Origin: Gammaproteobacteria bacterium
Lineage (GTDB): Bacteria > Pseudomonadota > Gammaproteobacteria > VBWC01
Reading direction: 5' to 3'
DNA length: 64,000 nt
Assembly (NCBI GenBank): GCA_006218035.1
Contig: VBWC01000010.1
Span: 75,572 to 139,571, forward strand
Under the pieces are notes generated by a model that searched no databases, was not told the DNA's origin, and was given only the letters and a program-made list of their open reading frames with translations. This document shows positions 38,202 through 48,299 of this stretch, piece after piece. Position 1 is the stretch's first letter; each line of letters starts with the position of its first letter. The position numbers and the translations under genes were made by a program.

Positions 38202-39541
38202 GGCGATGGCTGCCCCCCGGCGACGCCGGCGTTGTCCATATCCATGTCCGACATATCGAGCGCGGCCGCCGGCGCCGCCACCGGCGCGGGTTCACGCATC
38301 TTGCCGACCGCCTCGCGCAGCTTCGATTCGGAATCGATCAGGAACTGCGCCGACGTCACCACGATGTCATCAACACTCACGCCGGCGCGAATCTCGGTCC
38401 ACCCTTCGGCGCTGACGCCGATCTGCACCTCGCGCGGCTCGAACTTGCCCGGCGCACGCATGATGAATACCTGTTCACGCGCACCGGAGCGCACCACCGC
38501 CTCACTCGGGACGGCGATTGCGTTCAGCGTGCGTCCGCCGCGCAGCGTCACCTCGGCGAACATGTCAGGCTTTAACAGACCGTCACGATTGGCAAACTCG
38601 AGACGCAAGCGTACGGTCCGCGTCTTGGCATCGACGGTCGGGTAGATGTAGGTGACCTTGCCTTCGACCGCGCGTCCCGGCGCGGCATTGACGCGCATCT
38701 GCGCGTTGTCACCGACATGGACCCACGGCAGCTCGTTTTCATAGATATCCACGTATACCCACAGGCGCTCGAGATCGGCAATCTGGTACAACTCGGTTGC
38801 CGGCGTGACGTATTGACCGGGCCGTGCGCCGATACTGACCACGACACCGTCGAACGGCGAATGGATGTGCAGGTTCTTTATCACCTTGTTACTGCGTTCG
38901 AGTTCGAGGATTTGATGCTCGGGCATGTCGAGCAGTTCAAGACGGCCGCGCGCTGCGTCCACCAGTTGGCTCGCATTGCGTTGCAGCTCCGGGTAGGTGC
39001 TGTCCTTCAGCGCCGTGCGATTCTGCAGCGCGAGCAGATACTCCTGTTGCGCGGTCACCAGTTGCGGGGAATACAGGCTGAGCAGCACCGTGCCACGGCG
39101 CACGCGCTCCCCGGTGGTGGAGACCATCAGCTTGTCCACCCAACCCTCGGTCTTGGGATTGAGCCGCGCCAGACCTTCCTCGTTGTAGTCGACCCGGCCG
39201 GCCGCGCGGATGGTGTGACCCATCGTCCGCCGTTCTGCGCGCGCGGTACGCACGCCGATGTTCTGCACGGTGACCGGATCGATTTTCACGGTCCCGGCAG
39301 GACCAGGCGTGTCGTCGGCGTAGACGGGGATATAGTCCATGTTCATGTTGTCCTTCACCGGCACCGGCGACGTAATCTGCGGATTCATCGGGTGGCGGTA
39401 AAACAGCGGCCGCGCGGCAGCCGGTTGCACTTGCGGGGACGCCGCCATGTCGTGCGGCGTCCCCGTCCGCGCGAACCAGTAACCGCCAGCGGCGCCGAGC
39501 GCGAGCGTCACCAGCGCGACAACGATAATCTGCCTATTCAT
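38198..39541 (-). CDS. cusB: RND efflux membrane fusion protein (CusB family)
   Basis: 447 aa. Signal/TM N-terminus, Met-containing N-terminal extension, MFP barrel/lipoyl domains. 4-nt overlap with cusA. Confidence 0.8.
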   Translation of the reverse strand: MNRQIIVVALVTLALGAAGGYWFARTGTPHDMAASPQVQPAAARPLFYRHPMNPQITSPVPVKDNMNMDYIPVYADDTPGPAGTVKIDPVTVQNIGVRTARAERRTMGHTIRAAGRVDYNEEGLARLNPKTEGWVDKLMVSTTGERVRRGTVLLSLYSPQLVTAQQEYLLALQNRTALKDSTYPELQRNASQLVDAARGRLELLDMPEHQILELERSNKVIKNLHIHSPFDGVVVSIGARPGQYVTPATELYQIADLERLWVYVDIYENELPWVHVGDNAQMRVNAAPGRAVEGKVTYIYPTVDAKTRTVRLRLEFANRDGLLKPDMFAEVTLRGGRTLNAIAVPSEAVVRSGAREQVFIMRAPGKFEPREVQIGVSAEGWTEIRAGVSVDDIVVTSAQFLIDSESKLREAVGKMREPAPVAAPAAALDMSDMDMDNAGVAGGQPSP

Positions 39542-40796
39542 ACACCTGCTCCTCGCCCACCGTTGCTATCAGCTGCGCCAGCGCGGTCCATGCGTCGCCT
39601 AACGCCCGCCAGTAACGGATCTCGTATTCGAATACGGTGATCTGGGCCCCGGCAAGATTAAGAAAATCCACCTTGCCCACCTGGTAACCGGCGAGCATCG
39701 ATGCGACCGTCAGCGACGCCTGCGGCAACACACCGCTTTTGAGCAGACTCACCTGCTCGCGGGCGCGCTCGTAATCGGCACGCGCGGCCGCCACATCCGC
39801 GGCGAGTCGCGCCTCCAGATCCTGTAGTCCGTAGCGCTGCATCAACAGTTCCGCGTTACGTTGACCCACAACACGATCCTGCCGGCTGCCCGATCGCAAC
39901 GGCAGACTCATCGCAAACATCGCGCTTTTCATGTCCGTACTGCCGTCGCGCCACTCGTAATTGGCGCCCACCATGAAATCAGGACGGTAGTCCTTGCGCG
40001 CGAGGTCGGCCTGCGTGGCAGCGGCATCGACCTGCCGCTGCTGTGCAGCCAGCAGCGGACGAGCAGCGAGCGCCTGATCGATTAGCGTTTGCTCCTGCGC
40101 TACCAACGGCAGATTCTCGTTGGCCTGCACAGGCAGAGTGACCGGCGTCGCTGGGGAGCGGTAAAGCAATGCGTTAAGTTTCGCGAGAGCAGCACGACGT
40201 TCGCCGTTAAGGCCGATCTCTTCCTCAAAAAGTTTCGACAGCTCCAGTTGTGCCAGAAGCACATCCTGCTGCAACCCCTGACCGACGCGATAGCGTGTTT
40301 CCGCGACGCTGATCAGCTGGCGCATTACGTCAAGATTGCGATGATGTATCTCCAGCGCGCGATCAATCGAAAACAGTCGCCACCATACCTGTTTCACCTG
40401 AGCGGTCAGTACCAGCGCGCCTTCGGTCGCTTCGAAACCGGCTGCCTCGGCCCGATATTCGGCCGCCTGCCGGGCGAGATTCCGTTTGCCGGGATACGGC
40501 AGTGCCTGGGTGATGCCGAGTTTTAACTGACTCATGTCCGCGCGGCCCGGCTCGGCCGTCAACCACGGATCGGGCAGCGCGCCGGCCTGCTCCGGCATTT
40601 CCGCCGCCGCCCGGGCCTGGGCCCGCGTCGCGGCCCACCCGGGATTATTGGCAAGCGCCGTCTGCACCGCCTGATCGAGATCCAGCACGGCATTTGACGC
40701 CTCGGCGGCACTCGCGCCTGGCGGGCCGGTGAGAAAAAGACCGGCAAGCGCTGCGGCAACCAGACCGACAGCTGTTCCGTTAACGATAAATTTCAT
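39534..40796 (-). CDS. cusC: Outer-membrane efflux protein (CusC/TolC family)
   Basis: 420 aa. Signal peptide. Two OEP repeats. Confidence 0.75.
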   Translation of the reverse strand: MKFIVNGTAVGLVAAALAGLFLTGPPGASAAEASNAVLDLDQAVQTALANNPGWAATRAQARAAAEMPEQAGALPDPWLTAEPGRADMSQLKLGITQALPYPGKRNLARQAAEYRAEAAGFEATEGALVLTAQVKQVWWRLFSIDRALEIHHRNLDVMRQLISVAETRYRVGQGLQQDVLLAQLELSKLFEEEIGLNGERRAALAKLNALLYRSPATPVTLPVQANENLPLVAQEQTLIDQALAARPLLAAQQRQVDAAATQADLARKDYRPDFMVGANYEWRDGSTDMKSAMFAMSLPLRSGSRQDRVVGQRNAELLMQRYGLQDLEARLAADVAAARADYERAREQVSLLKSGVLPQASLTVASMLAGYQVGKVDFLNLAGAQITVFEYEIRYWRALGDAWTALAQLIATVGEEQVYE

Positions 40797-41001
40797 CGAC
40801 CAACTCCTTGAGACCGCAGTTGCTGTGTTCGTGGCGCTGCTGCCCGCTTACCGACGGGTGACACGCCCCGTTCGACCGGGGTGCGAAAACCGCGGATCGG
40901 CGCTCGACAACAACGCATATAACAACCTGTAACGAACAGGCAAAGACCGGCATTGAAACAGTACCGACGCGCCGGGTTAAATCAGCACGGCGCCGAAGTG
41001 A

Positions 41002-41370
41002 TCAGACGGAACGCGGGGGTTTGAAGTGAATTAGCGTGATGGATGTGACAGAAGGATTCGTACGATCGGAATGCGGCAGCGCCTGCTTGTCGGCAACCAT
41101 GCCGAACACCAACAAAACCGCAACGCAGTGACCACAGGACGGGCAACTATTGGACGTTTGCTTATCGCAGCCAGTGTCGGACATCGCGACGTCCTGCGCG
41201 CTACCGGCATCCATATCAGGATGATCATGCGCCATCATCGACACCGGATGATCCACAGCACCGGACACATGGCTGTCCATCATGGGCATTGCCCATGCGT
41301 TGCCCGCCTGTGCAGCAACCAGCGCGACAATCAATAAGACGCCAAGGGTTCTTTTGTGTGAGGGGTTCAT
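41002..41370 (-). CDS. Secreted His/Met-rich protein with C-terminal CxxC...C motif
   Basis: Start at MNPSHKRTLGVLLIVALVAAQAGNAWA (41368-41370). HPVSMMAHDHPDMD and CPSCGHC motifs. Confidence 0.35.
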   Translation of the reverse strand: MNPSHKRTLGVLLIVALVAAQAGNAWAMPMMDSHVSGAVDHPVSMMAHDHPDMDAGSAQDVAMSDTGCDKQTSNSCPSCGHCVAVLLVFGMVADKQALPHSDRTNPSVTSITLIHFKPPRSV

Positions 41371-41474
41371 GCCCTGACAGGATAGGCCAGATACGTTCTT
41401 TGTCAACCGGTGTAACGACTGATCACCGGCCTGTCGTCACCGGCCACACGATATCGTAATACAAAATTAACGGG

Positions 41475-42389
41475 TTAACCCTGCCCCGGAACCGAAATTA
41501 ACCCCGCTCCCTCGGTGAGGACGAACTCCTTGAACGCCTGCGCCACGGGCGACAACCGCTTGCCGCGCCAGTGAACGATATACCAGTGGCGCATGATCGG
41601 GAACGACTGAACATCCAGCACCACCAGCCGTTTTGTCTCCAGTTCAAGGCCCAAGGTGTGCATCGACACAATACCCAGACCGAGCCCCGCCTGGACGGCC
41701 TGTTTGATCGCTTCGTTACTGCTCATTTCCATGCCGGTTGCCAGGCGCACACCCTGCGCGGAAAAAAAACGCTCCATCGCGATACGTGTACCGGACCCTT
41801 GTTCGCGCACCACAAACGTTTCGTGCTGCAAATCCGCCAGCGGAATATTCTGCCGTCCGACCAGCGCGTGTCCCGGTGACGCAATAATCACCAGCGGATT
41901 ATCCATGAACGGCTCGGCGACCAGGTCCATCTGGGCCGGCGGGCGTCCCATGATCACCAGGTCTTTTTCATTGGATTCGAGCTGCTTGAGCAGGCCTTCG
42001 CGATTGGTCACGTCGAGACTGATGGTGACCGCCGCGTGGCTTCCGCTGAAGGTCGCCAGCAGACGTGGCGCGAAATAGTTCGCGGTGCTCGCGACCGCGA
42101 TGGCGAGCCGGCCGCGCTGCACCCCTTTCAGGGAATCGATGACGGTATCGGCTTCCTCGAGCTGCTGGGCGATCACGCGACTGTAGTGATACATCTCCCG
42201 TCCCGCCTCGGTCAGGTAGATCTGCTTGCCGATCTGCTCGAATAAGGGCAGGCCGACGTTATTCTCCAGCTGTTTGATCTGCATCGAGACCGCCGGCTGG
42301 GTCAGATGCATCTCTTCGGCCGCCCGCGTGAAATTCAGGTGCCGCGCGACGGCAGCAAAAACCTTTAGTTGCCTGAGAGTTAGGTGCAT
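41475..42389 (-). CDS. cbbR: LysR-family transcriptional regulator of the cbb operon
   Basis: 304 aa. N-terminal wHTH (LKVFAAVARHLNFTRAAEEMHLTQPAVS). Divergent from cbbL. Confidence 0.8.
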   Translation of the reverse strand: MHLTLRQLKVFAAVARHLNFTRAAEEMHLTQPAVSMQIKQLENNVGLPLFEQIGKQIYLTEAGREMYHYSRVIAQQLEEADTVIDSLKGVQRGRLAIAVASTANYFAPRLLATFSGSHAAVTISLDVTNREGLLKQLESNEKDLVIMGRPPAQMDLVAEPFMDNPLVIIASPGHALVGRQNIPLADLQHETFVVREQGSGTRIAMERFFSAQGVRLATGMEMSSNEAIKQAVQAGLGLGIVSMHTLGLELETKRLVVLDVQSFPIMRHWYIVHWRGKRLSPVAQAFKEFVLTEGAGLISVPGQG

Positions 42390-42596
42390 GGATACCGCTT
42401 GATAAGATATAACTTATGGTTCATATCATAATTATTGAATTTACTTTATGTCAATCGGCCCCGATAATCCGCTGGCGATAGACAACCGGGCCGGTTCATC
42501 GAGAAACACAGCGCTGAGCAGACCCTTTAGTTATCAACCACTAACAACCAGTACACCGATCAGGCGTATATACCTATATATAGGAGGAAGCTGGTA
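42390..42596. promoter_or_regulatory. cbbR-cbbL divergent control region with LysR-type T-N11-A dyad
   Basis: AT-rich. TTATGGTTCATATCATAA (42414-42431) inverted dyad. AGGAGG SD before the cbbL ATG. Confidence 0.45.
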
Positions 42597-44015
42597 ATGG
42601 CCAAGACTTATAACGCGGGCGTCAAAGACTACCGTGAAACATACTGGATGCCCGACTACACCCCGAACGCGACGGACATCCTCGCCGTTTTCAAGATCAC
42701 CCCACAGGCCGGCGTCCCGCGCGAAGAAGCGGCTGCCGCCGTTGCCGCCGAATCATCGACCGGTACCTGGACGACCGTCTGGACCGATCTGCTGACCGAT
42801 CTGGACTACTACAAGGGCCGCGCCTACGCCATTGAAGACGTACCGGGCGACGACACCTGTTTCTATGCCTTTATCGCCTATCCGATCGACCTGTTCGAGG
42901 AAGGCTCCGTTGTTAACGTATTCACGTCGCTGGTCGGTAACGTATTCGGCTTCAAGGCGATCCGTGCACTGCGCCTGGAAGATGTGCGTTTCCCGATCGC
43001 TTATGTCAAGACCTGCGGTGGTCCGCCGCACGGCATTCAGGTCGAGCGCGACATGCTCAACAAGTACGGCCGCGCATTGCTCGGCTGCACCATCAAGCCC
43101 AAGCTCGGTCTGTCCGCCAAGAACTACGGCCGCGCCGTGTATGAATGTCTGCGTGGCGGCCTGGACCTGACCAAGGACGACGAAAACGTCAACAGCCAGC
43201 CGTTCATGCGCTGGCGCCAGCGCTTCGACTTCGTGATGGAAGCCATCCACAAGGCCGAACGCGAAACCGGCGAGCGCAAGGGCCATTACCTGAACGTGAC
43301 CGCGCCGACCCCGGAAGAGATGTACAAGCGTGCCGAGTACGCCAAGGAAATCGGCGCACCGATCATCATGCACGACTACATCACCGGCGGCTTCTGCGCC
43401 AACACGGGCCTGGCCAACTGGTGCCGCAACAATGGCATCCTGCTGCACATCCACCGCGCGATGCACGCCGTTATTGACCGGGATAAGCACCACGGTATCC
43501 ACTTCCGCGTGCTGGCCAAGATCCTGCGCCTGTCCGGTGGTGACCACCTGCACTCCGGCACGGTCGTTGGCAAGCTGGAAGGCGACCGCGCCGCGACCTT
43601 GGGCTGGATCGACCTGATGCGCGAACGGTTCATCAAGGAAGACCGCTCGCGCGGTATCTTCTTCGATCAGGACTGGGGCTCTATGCCCGGCGTGTTCCCG
43701 GTGGCATCCGGCGGGATCCACGTCTGGCACATGCCGGCACTGGTCGCGATCTTCGGCGACGACGCCTGTCTGCAGTTCGGCGGCGGCACGCTGGGCCACC
43801 CGTGGGGTAATGCGGCGGGTGCGGCGGCCAACCGCGTCGCGCTCGAGGCCTGTGTTGAAGCGCGTAACCAGGGGCGCGCCATCGAGAAAGAAGGCAAGGA
43901 AATCCTGATCAACGCGGCGAAGAGCAGCCCCGAGCTGAAGATGGCGATGGAGACCTGGAAGGAAATCAAGTTCGAGTTCGACACCGTCGACAAGCTTGAC
44001 GTTGCCCACAAGTGA
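42597..44015 (+). CDS. cbbL: RuBisCO large subunit, form I
   Basis: 472 aa. Canonical motifs [20 protein letters not shown] and [23 protein letters not shown]. Followed by the small subunit gene. Confidence 0.95.
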   Translation: MAKTYNAGVKDYRETYWMPDYTPNATDILAVFKITPQAGVPREEAAAAVAAESSTGTWTTVWTDLLTDLDYYKGRAYAIEDVPGDDTCFYAFIAYPIDLFEEGSVVNVFTSLVGNVFGFKAIRALRLEDVRFPIAYVKTCGGPPHGIQVERDMLNKYGRALLGCTIKPKLGLSAKNYGRAVYECLRGGLDLTKDDENVNSQPFMRWRQRFDFVMEAIHKAERETGERKGHYLNVTAPTPEEMYKRAEYAKEIGAPIIMHDYITGGFCANTGLANWCRNNGILLHIHRAMHAVIDRDKHHGIHFRVLAKILRLSGGDHLHSGTVVGKLEGDRAATLGWIDLMRERFIKEDRSRGIFFDQDWGSMPGVFPVASGGIHVWHMPALVAIFGDDACLQFGGGTLGHPWGNAAGAAANRVALEACVEARNQGRAIEKEGKEILINAAKSSPELKMAMETWKEIKFEFDTVDKLDVAHK

Positions 44016-44086
44016 CGCAGTCATCCCGGACGCGCCGCAGGCGCGATCCGGGATCCAGCCAACGTTATTAAATTGAGGTCGAAACA

Positions 44087-44446
44087 ATGAGTGAGATGCA
44101 AGATTACAAGTCGAGCTTGACCGACACGGCGAGCCGCAAGTTTGAAACGTTTTCGTACCTGCCGCCGATGGACAAGGCCGGTATCCGCAAGCAGGTGGAA
44201 TACATTGTCAGCAAGGGCTGGAACCCGGCGCTCGAACACACCGAACCGGCCAATGCCTTTGATCACTACTGGTACATGTGGAAGCTGCCGATGTTCGGTG
44301 AAACCAATGTCGACAGGATATTGGCCGAGGCCGACGCCTGTCACAAGGCGCACCCGAACAACCACGTGCGGCTGGTTGGCTACGACAACTCCGCACAATC
44401 GCAGGGTGCGGCGATGGTCGTTTACCGCGGCCCGATCAAGGCCTGA
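44087..44446 (+). CDS. cbbS: RuBisCO small subunit
   Basis: 119 aa. FETFSYLPP...[16 protein letters not shown] motifs. Confidence 0.9.
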   Translation: MSEMQDYKSSLTDTASRKFETFSYLPPMDKAGIRKQVEYIVSKGWNPALEHTEPANAFDHYWYMWKLPMFGETNVDRILAEADACHKAHPNNHVRLVGYDNSAQSQGAAMVVYRGPIKA

Positions 44447-44465
44447 TCTCGCGGTAACCCCCGAA

Positions 44466-44502
44466 AGCCCCTGCCCGATTGTTCCGGACAGGGGCTTTTT
44501 TT
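44466..44502 (+). terminator. Rho-independent terminator/attenuator after cbbS
   Basis: agcccctg-cccgattgttccgga-caggggct stem followed by a T7 run. Confidence 0.6.
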
Positions 44503-44578
44503 ATGGCCGCACCCGCCAGCCGTCGTGACGGTTGCCGGGGGGAAATTCCAGCATTCGGCTTTTTGTTATTAACCATCC

Positions 44579-45403
44579 ATGACGGGTAACAAAATGAGCG
44601 CCAACGACTCCGACCAGTACAACATCAAGAAAGAACCGTATTACCGCACCGTCGGTGACGAGGTGCGACTCTACGAAGCGGCCTACGCGGCACGCATGCC
44701 GATCATGCTGAAAGGACCGACCGGCTGCGGTAAGACGCGCTTCGTCGAATACATGGCGTGGAAACTGAAACGCCCGCTGGTGACGGTCGCCTGCAACGAG
44801 GACATGACGGCCTCGGACCTGGTCGGACGCTTCCTGCTCGACGCGACCGGTACGCGCTGGCAGGACGGCCCGCTGACGGTTGCGGCGCGCCTCGGCGCGA
44901 TCTGCTATCTCGATGAAGTCGTCGAGGCGCGCCAGGACACCACCGTGGTGATCCATCCGCTGACCGACCACCGCCGCATGCTGCCGCTCGACAAAAAAGG
45001 CGAGCTGGTCAACGCGCATGCCGATTTTCAACTGGTGATCTCCTATAACCCGGGCTACCAGAATCTGATGAAGGATCTGAAGCAGTCGACCAAGCAGCGT
45101 TTTGGCGCGCTCGACTTCGCCTATCCGGAAACGACGATCGAGGCGGAGGTGGTGGCGCATGAGGCCGGCATCGACAGCGACACGGCACACAAGCTGGTGC
45201 AGATCGCGCATCGCGCGCGCAACCTGAAGGGCCACGGGCTTGACGAAGGCATCTCGACGCGGCTGCTCGTCTACGCCGGCAACCTGATCAACAAGGGCAT
45301 CGAACCGAAAGCGGCGTGCATGATGGCGCTGGTGCGCCCGATAACCGATGATCCGGACATACGCGAAACGCTCGATGCTGCCGTCGGCGCCTTTTTCCAG
45401 TAA
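44579..45403 (+). CDS. cbbQ: CbbQ, AAA+ (MoxR-type) RuBisCO activase subunit
   Basis: 274 aa. Walker A GPTGCGKT. Alternative start at 44594. Confidence 0.85.
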   Translation: MTGNKMSANDSDQYNIKKEPYYRTVGDEVRLYEAAYAARMPIMLKGPTGCGKTRFVEYMAWKLKRPLVTVACNEDMTASDLVGRFLLDATGTRWQDGPLTVAARLGAICYLDEVVEARQDTTVVIHPLTDHRRMLPLDKKGELVNAHADFQLVISYNPGYQNLMKDLKQSTKQRFGALDFAYPETTIEAEVVAHEAGIDSDTAHKLVQIAHRARNLKGHGLDEGISTRLLVYAGNLINKGIEPKAACMMALVRPITDDPDIRETLDAAVGAFFQ

Positions 45404-45437
45404 CCGGCACCGCCACTGAACCGGAACGGCCAGCACC

Positions 45438-47774
45438 GTGAGCGTCAAACTCGAAGACTACCGGGAATTGCTCGAGGACATCGATCCTCACGTTCACGAT
45501 ACACTCGAATCCAGCTTTGTCGAGGCCGCGCGCGTCATGTCGCCGCGCGGCCTTGCCAACTACCTCGAAGGCGCGCGGGCCTTGAGCCGGCTCGGCCGTG
45601 GCTCGGACCTCGTGATCGAATATCTGCAGGAAATGCCCGCTGTAGCGAAAGAGGTCGGTGACGACATCGTCGCTGATTGCGTCGCGCACGCAATGAAGCT
45701 GTCGTCGATGACCAGTGGCGAGATCATTACCTTGATGTTCTCCAGCCTGCCGACCGCCGCCCGGCGGCTCGGCGATGCGGACCTGCTGAAATCCTATCTC
45801 GGTCTGCTGCATCAACTGTCGGCCAGGGCGCCGCGTGGCCTGCGGCCGATGCTGTCGCGCATCGATGAACTGTTCTCGAAACTGACGCTGGGCGGCATGC
45901 GCCGCTGGGCCCTCTGGGGCGCGCAGGTGCACGGGCGGGATTTCAAGGCGCTGACCGAATATTTCAGCCTCCAGTCGGCGGACAGTATCGCCGTGCTGAA
46001 GAAGGAACGCCGCGGCACGCTTTTTATCGATCAACAGCGCAAACTGAATTTCTACCTGCGTGCCTTCTGGGGCCGCGATTTCTTCCTCAGACCCACCTCG
46101 GGCGATCACGAAAAACGCGAGGGGCTGCGGCCGTTCATCGAGCAGCGCGTGATTCACCTCGCCGACGCCTATGACGATTTCGGCGGGCTGCCCGGCAAGG
46201 AACTGTACCGCGCCGCGGCGGCGCATGCCGCGGCCCATCTGGTTTACACGCGTGAGCCGATCTCGGCCGAAGCACTGTCGCCGGCGCAGATGGTGTTCAT
46301 CGGCCTGTTCGAGGACGCACGCGTGCAACAGCTCGCCATACGCGAAATTCCCGGCCTTAAGCAGCTATGGGTATCGTTTCATCGGGCACTTCTGGACATG
46401 GAACCGGCGGCTGACGATGTCGTCGCCATGCTTGAGCGCGCCGCCCATGCATTGCTGGATGACGATTACCAGGACGAGGACGCGCTGATCGTTGAAACCG
46501 CGGCAGCGTTTCGCGCAGAGTTCGCGCGGCGGCCGCAAGACAACCAGTTGAGTTGGGATCTCGGCGTCACGCTGTTTAACCAGCTCGGTGCGCGTATGGC
46601 TTTACCCAGCCTGCGTGTACTCGAATCGATACGGATTCCCTACCAGGACGACAACCGCTACATCTGGGCGTTCGACGAGGCTGGCTGGGATGAGGCGGAG
46701 TACGTTTCCGCCAGCCAGCGTCAGGTGCGCAAGACCGTGAATGTCATGGAAATGGCCAACGAGGTCGACTGCGAGCTCGCCGGCGACGATGCGCAGGAGA
46801 TCTGGCGGCTGGAAACGCCGTTTTATCTCGATCAGGAAGGCTGCACGATCAACCAACTCGAAGGCAAGGAACCGGTCGCCGAACCGGCGCACTACCATGA
46901 GTGGGATTATCAGGTGCAACTGCATCGCCCCGACTGGGTTACGGTGCTGGAGAAACGCCAGCCGAAGGGCGACCCTGCACTGATCGATACTGCGCTCGCT
47001 GAATACAAACCCATCGCGAGCCGCCTGAAACATATCATCGACGCCGTGCAACCGCAGGGCGTGATTCGCCAGCGACGCCAGGAAGACGGCGACGATATCG
47101 ACATCAACGCCGCCATCCGCGCGATGGTCGACCTGCGCATGGGCATCACGCCGGACCCGCGCATCAATATTCGTTATATCCGCAAGACACGCGACCTGGC
47201 GGTACTGGTGTTGCTTGATCTGTCCGAATCCACCAACGAATCCCTGACGGGTTCCGACCGTCCGGTGCTGCAACTGGCGCGCGAGGCAACGGCGTTATTG
47301 GGCTGGGCGATCGATGCCATCGGCGATCCGTTCGCGATCCACGGCTTTGCGTCCGACGGCCGGCATGACGTCCAGTATTACCGCCTCAAGGATTTTGACC
47401 AGCCGTACGATGCTACCGTCAAGGCGCGGCTGGCCGGCATGCAGGGCAAACTGTCGACCCGCATGGGCGGGGCATTACGCCACGCCGGGCAATTTCTGCA
47501 GCGCCAGCCACAACGTAAAAAACTGATCCTGCTGGTGTCGGACGGCGAACCGGCCGACATCGACGAACGTGATCCGCAATATCTGCGGCACGATACCAAA
47601 AATGCCGTTGACGAGCTGTCGCGTAACGGTATCGTGACTTACTGTCTGACGCTTGACCCCGAGGCCGATGACTATGTTTCACGCATTTTCGGCGTCAAGG
47701 GGTATACCGTCGTTGATCATGTACAACGCCTTCCGGAAAAACTGCCTGGCCTGTTCATGTCGCTGACTACCTGA
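45438..47774 (+). CDS. cbbO: CbbO, von Willebrand factor A domain RuBisCO activase adaptor
   Basis: 778 aa, GTG start. C-terminal VWA domain with MIDAS (LLDLSESTNE). Follows cbbQ. Confidence 0.8.
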   Translation: MSVKLEDYRELLEDIDPHVHDTLESSFVEAARVMSPRGLANYLEGARALSRLGRGSDLVIEYLQEMPAVAKEVGDDIVADCVAHAMKLSSMTSGEIITLMFSSLPTAARRLGDADLLKSYLGLLHQLSARAPRGLRPMLSRIDELFSKLTLGGMRRWALWGAQVHGRDFKALTEYFSLQSADSIAVLKKERRGTLFIDQQRKLNFYLRAFWGRDFFLRPTSGDHEKREGLRPFIEQRVIHLADAYDDFGGLPGKELYRAAAAHAAAHLVYTREPISAEALSPAQMVFIGLFEDARVQQLAIREIPGLKQLWVSFHRALLDMEPAADDVVAMLERAAHALLDDDYQDEDALIVETAAAFRAEFARRPQDNQLSWDLGVTLFNQLGARMALPSLRVLESIRIPYQDDNRYIWAFDEAGWDEAEYVSASQRQVRKTVNVMEMANEVDCELAGDDAQEIWRLETPFYLDQEGCTINQLEGKEPVAEPAHYHEWDYQVQLHRPDWVTVLEKRQPKGDPALIDTALAEYKPIASRLKHIIDAVQPQGVIRQRRQEDGDDIDINAAIRAMVDLRMGITPDPRINIRYIRKTRDLAVLVLLDLSESTNESLTGSDRPVLQLAREATALLGWAIDAIGDPFAIHGFASDGRHDVQYYRLKDFDQPYDATVKARLAGMQGKLSTRMGGALRHAGQFLQRQPQRKKLILLVSDGEPADIDERDPQYLRHDTKNAVDELSRNGIVTYCLTLDPEADDYVSRIFGVKGYTVVDHVQRLPEKLPGLFMSLTT

Positions 47775-47788
47775 CCGGGTGCGTAACA

Positions 47789-48211
47789 GTGAAATCCAGA
47801 ATCGAAAACCTGCCGGCCTATGAAATCAGAAAATCCTCGGTCAGCGCGCGATATTTCAACCGCGTGCGCGTCGCGTTGTCGCGTCTGGGCGGCCCGCTGC
47901 GCCTGCCGCTGACCAACCTGCGCGACCTGGGCATCTATCTGGATGAAGAGTTGTGGGTGTGCTTCGACGGCAGCCTGAACGATATCCCGGTGATCGCGTG
48001 GACCGATTTCGATACGGCGAGTCGCGCTGGCGTGCACGACGAGGCGTCATGCACGCTGCGTCTGTATCACAACCATGCCGAGGTGATCATCGACAAAGTC
48101 CTCGCTACCGTCTACGATCTGCTCGACAAGAAATTGGATGAAACCGGATTGCCGCGCGACGGCGGCGTGACCAGCCTGACAGGGCGACTAAAGCACGTCG
48201 ACAAGGATTGA
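47789..48211 (+). CDS. Hypothetical protein downstream of cbbO
   Basis: 140 aa, GTG start. No recognisable motifs. Tightly spaced after cbbO. Confidence 0.35.
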   Translation: MKSRIENLPAYEIRKSSVSARYFNRVRVALSRLGGPLRLPLTNLRDLGIYLDEELWVCFDGSLNDIPVIAWTDFDTASRAGVHDEASCTLRLYHNHAEVIIDKVLATVYDLLDKKLDETGLPRDGGVTSLTGRLKHVDKD

Positions 48212-48299
48212 GCGCGCAAGCCAATACCCGTCTATCGATACGATAACGGCCATGACCATGATCCCCTACCCCTGACCTTTTTGGAACTGTGGTAATCCT

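Noticed and set aside
44020-44052. Hairpin after cbbL as a terminator
   Set aside because: A good stem (atcccgga...tccgggat) but no U-run, and cbbS follows 35 bp later in the same operon. More likely an mRNA-stabilising structure. Not listed as a feature.
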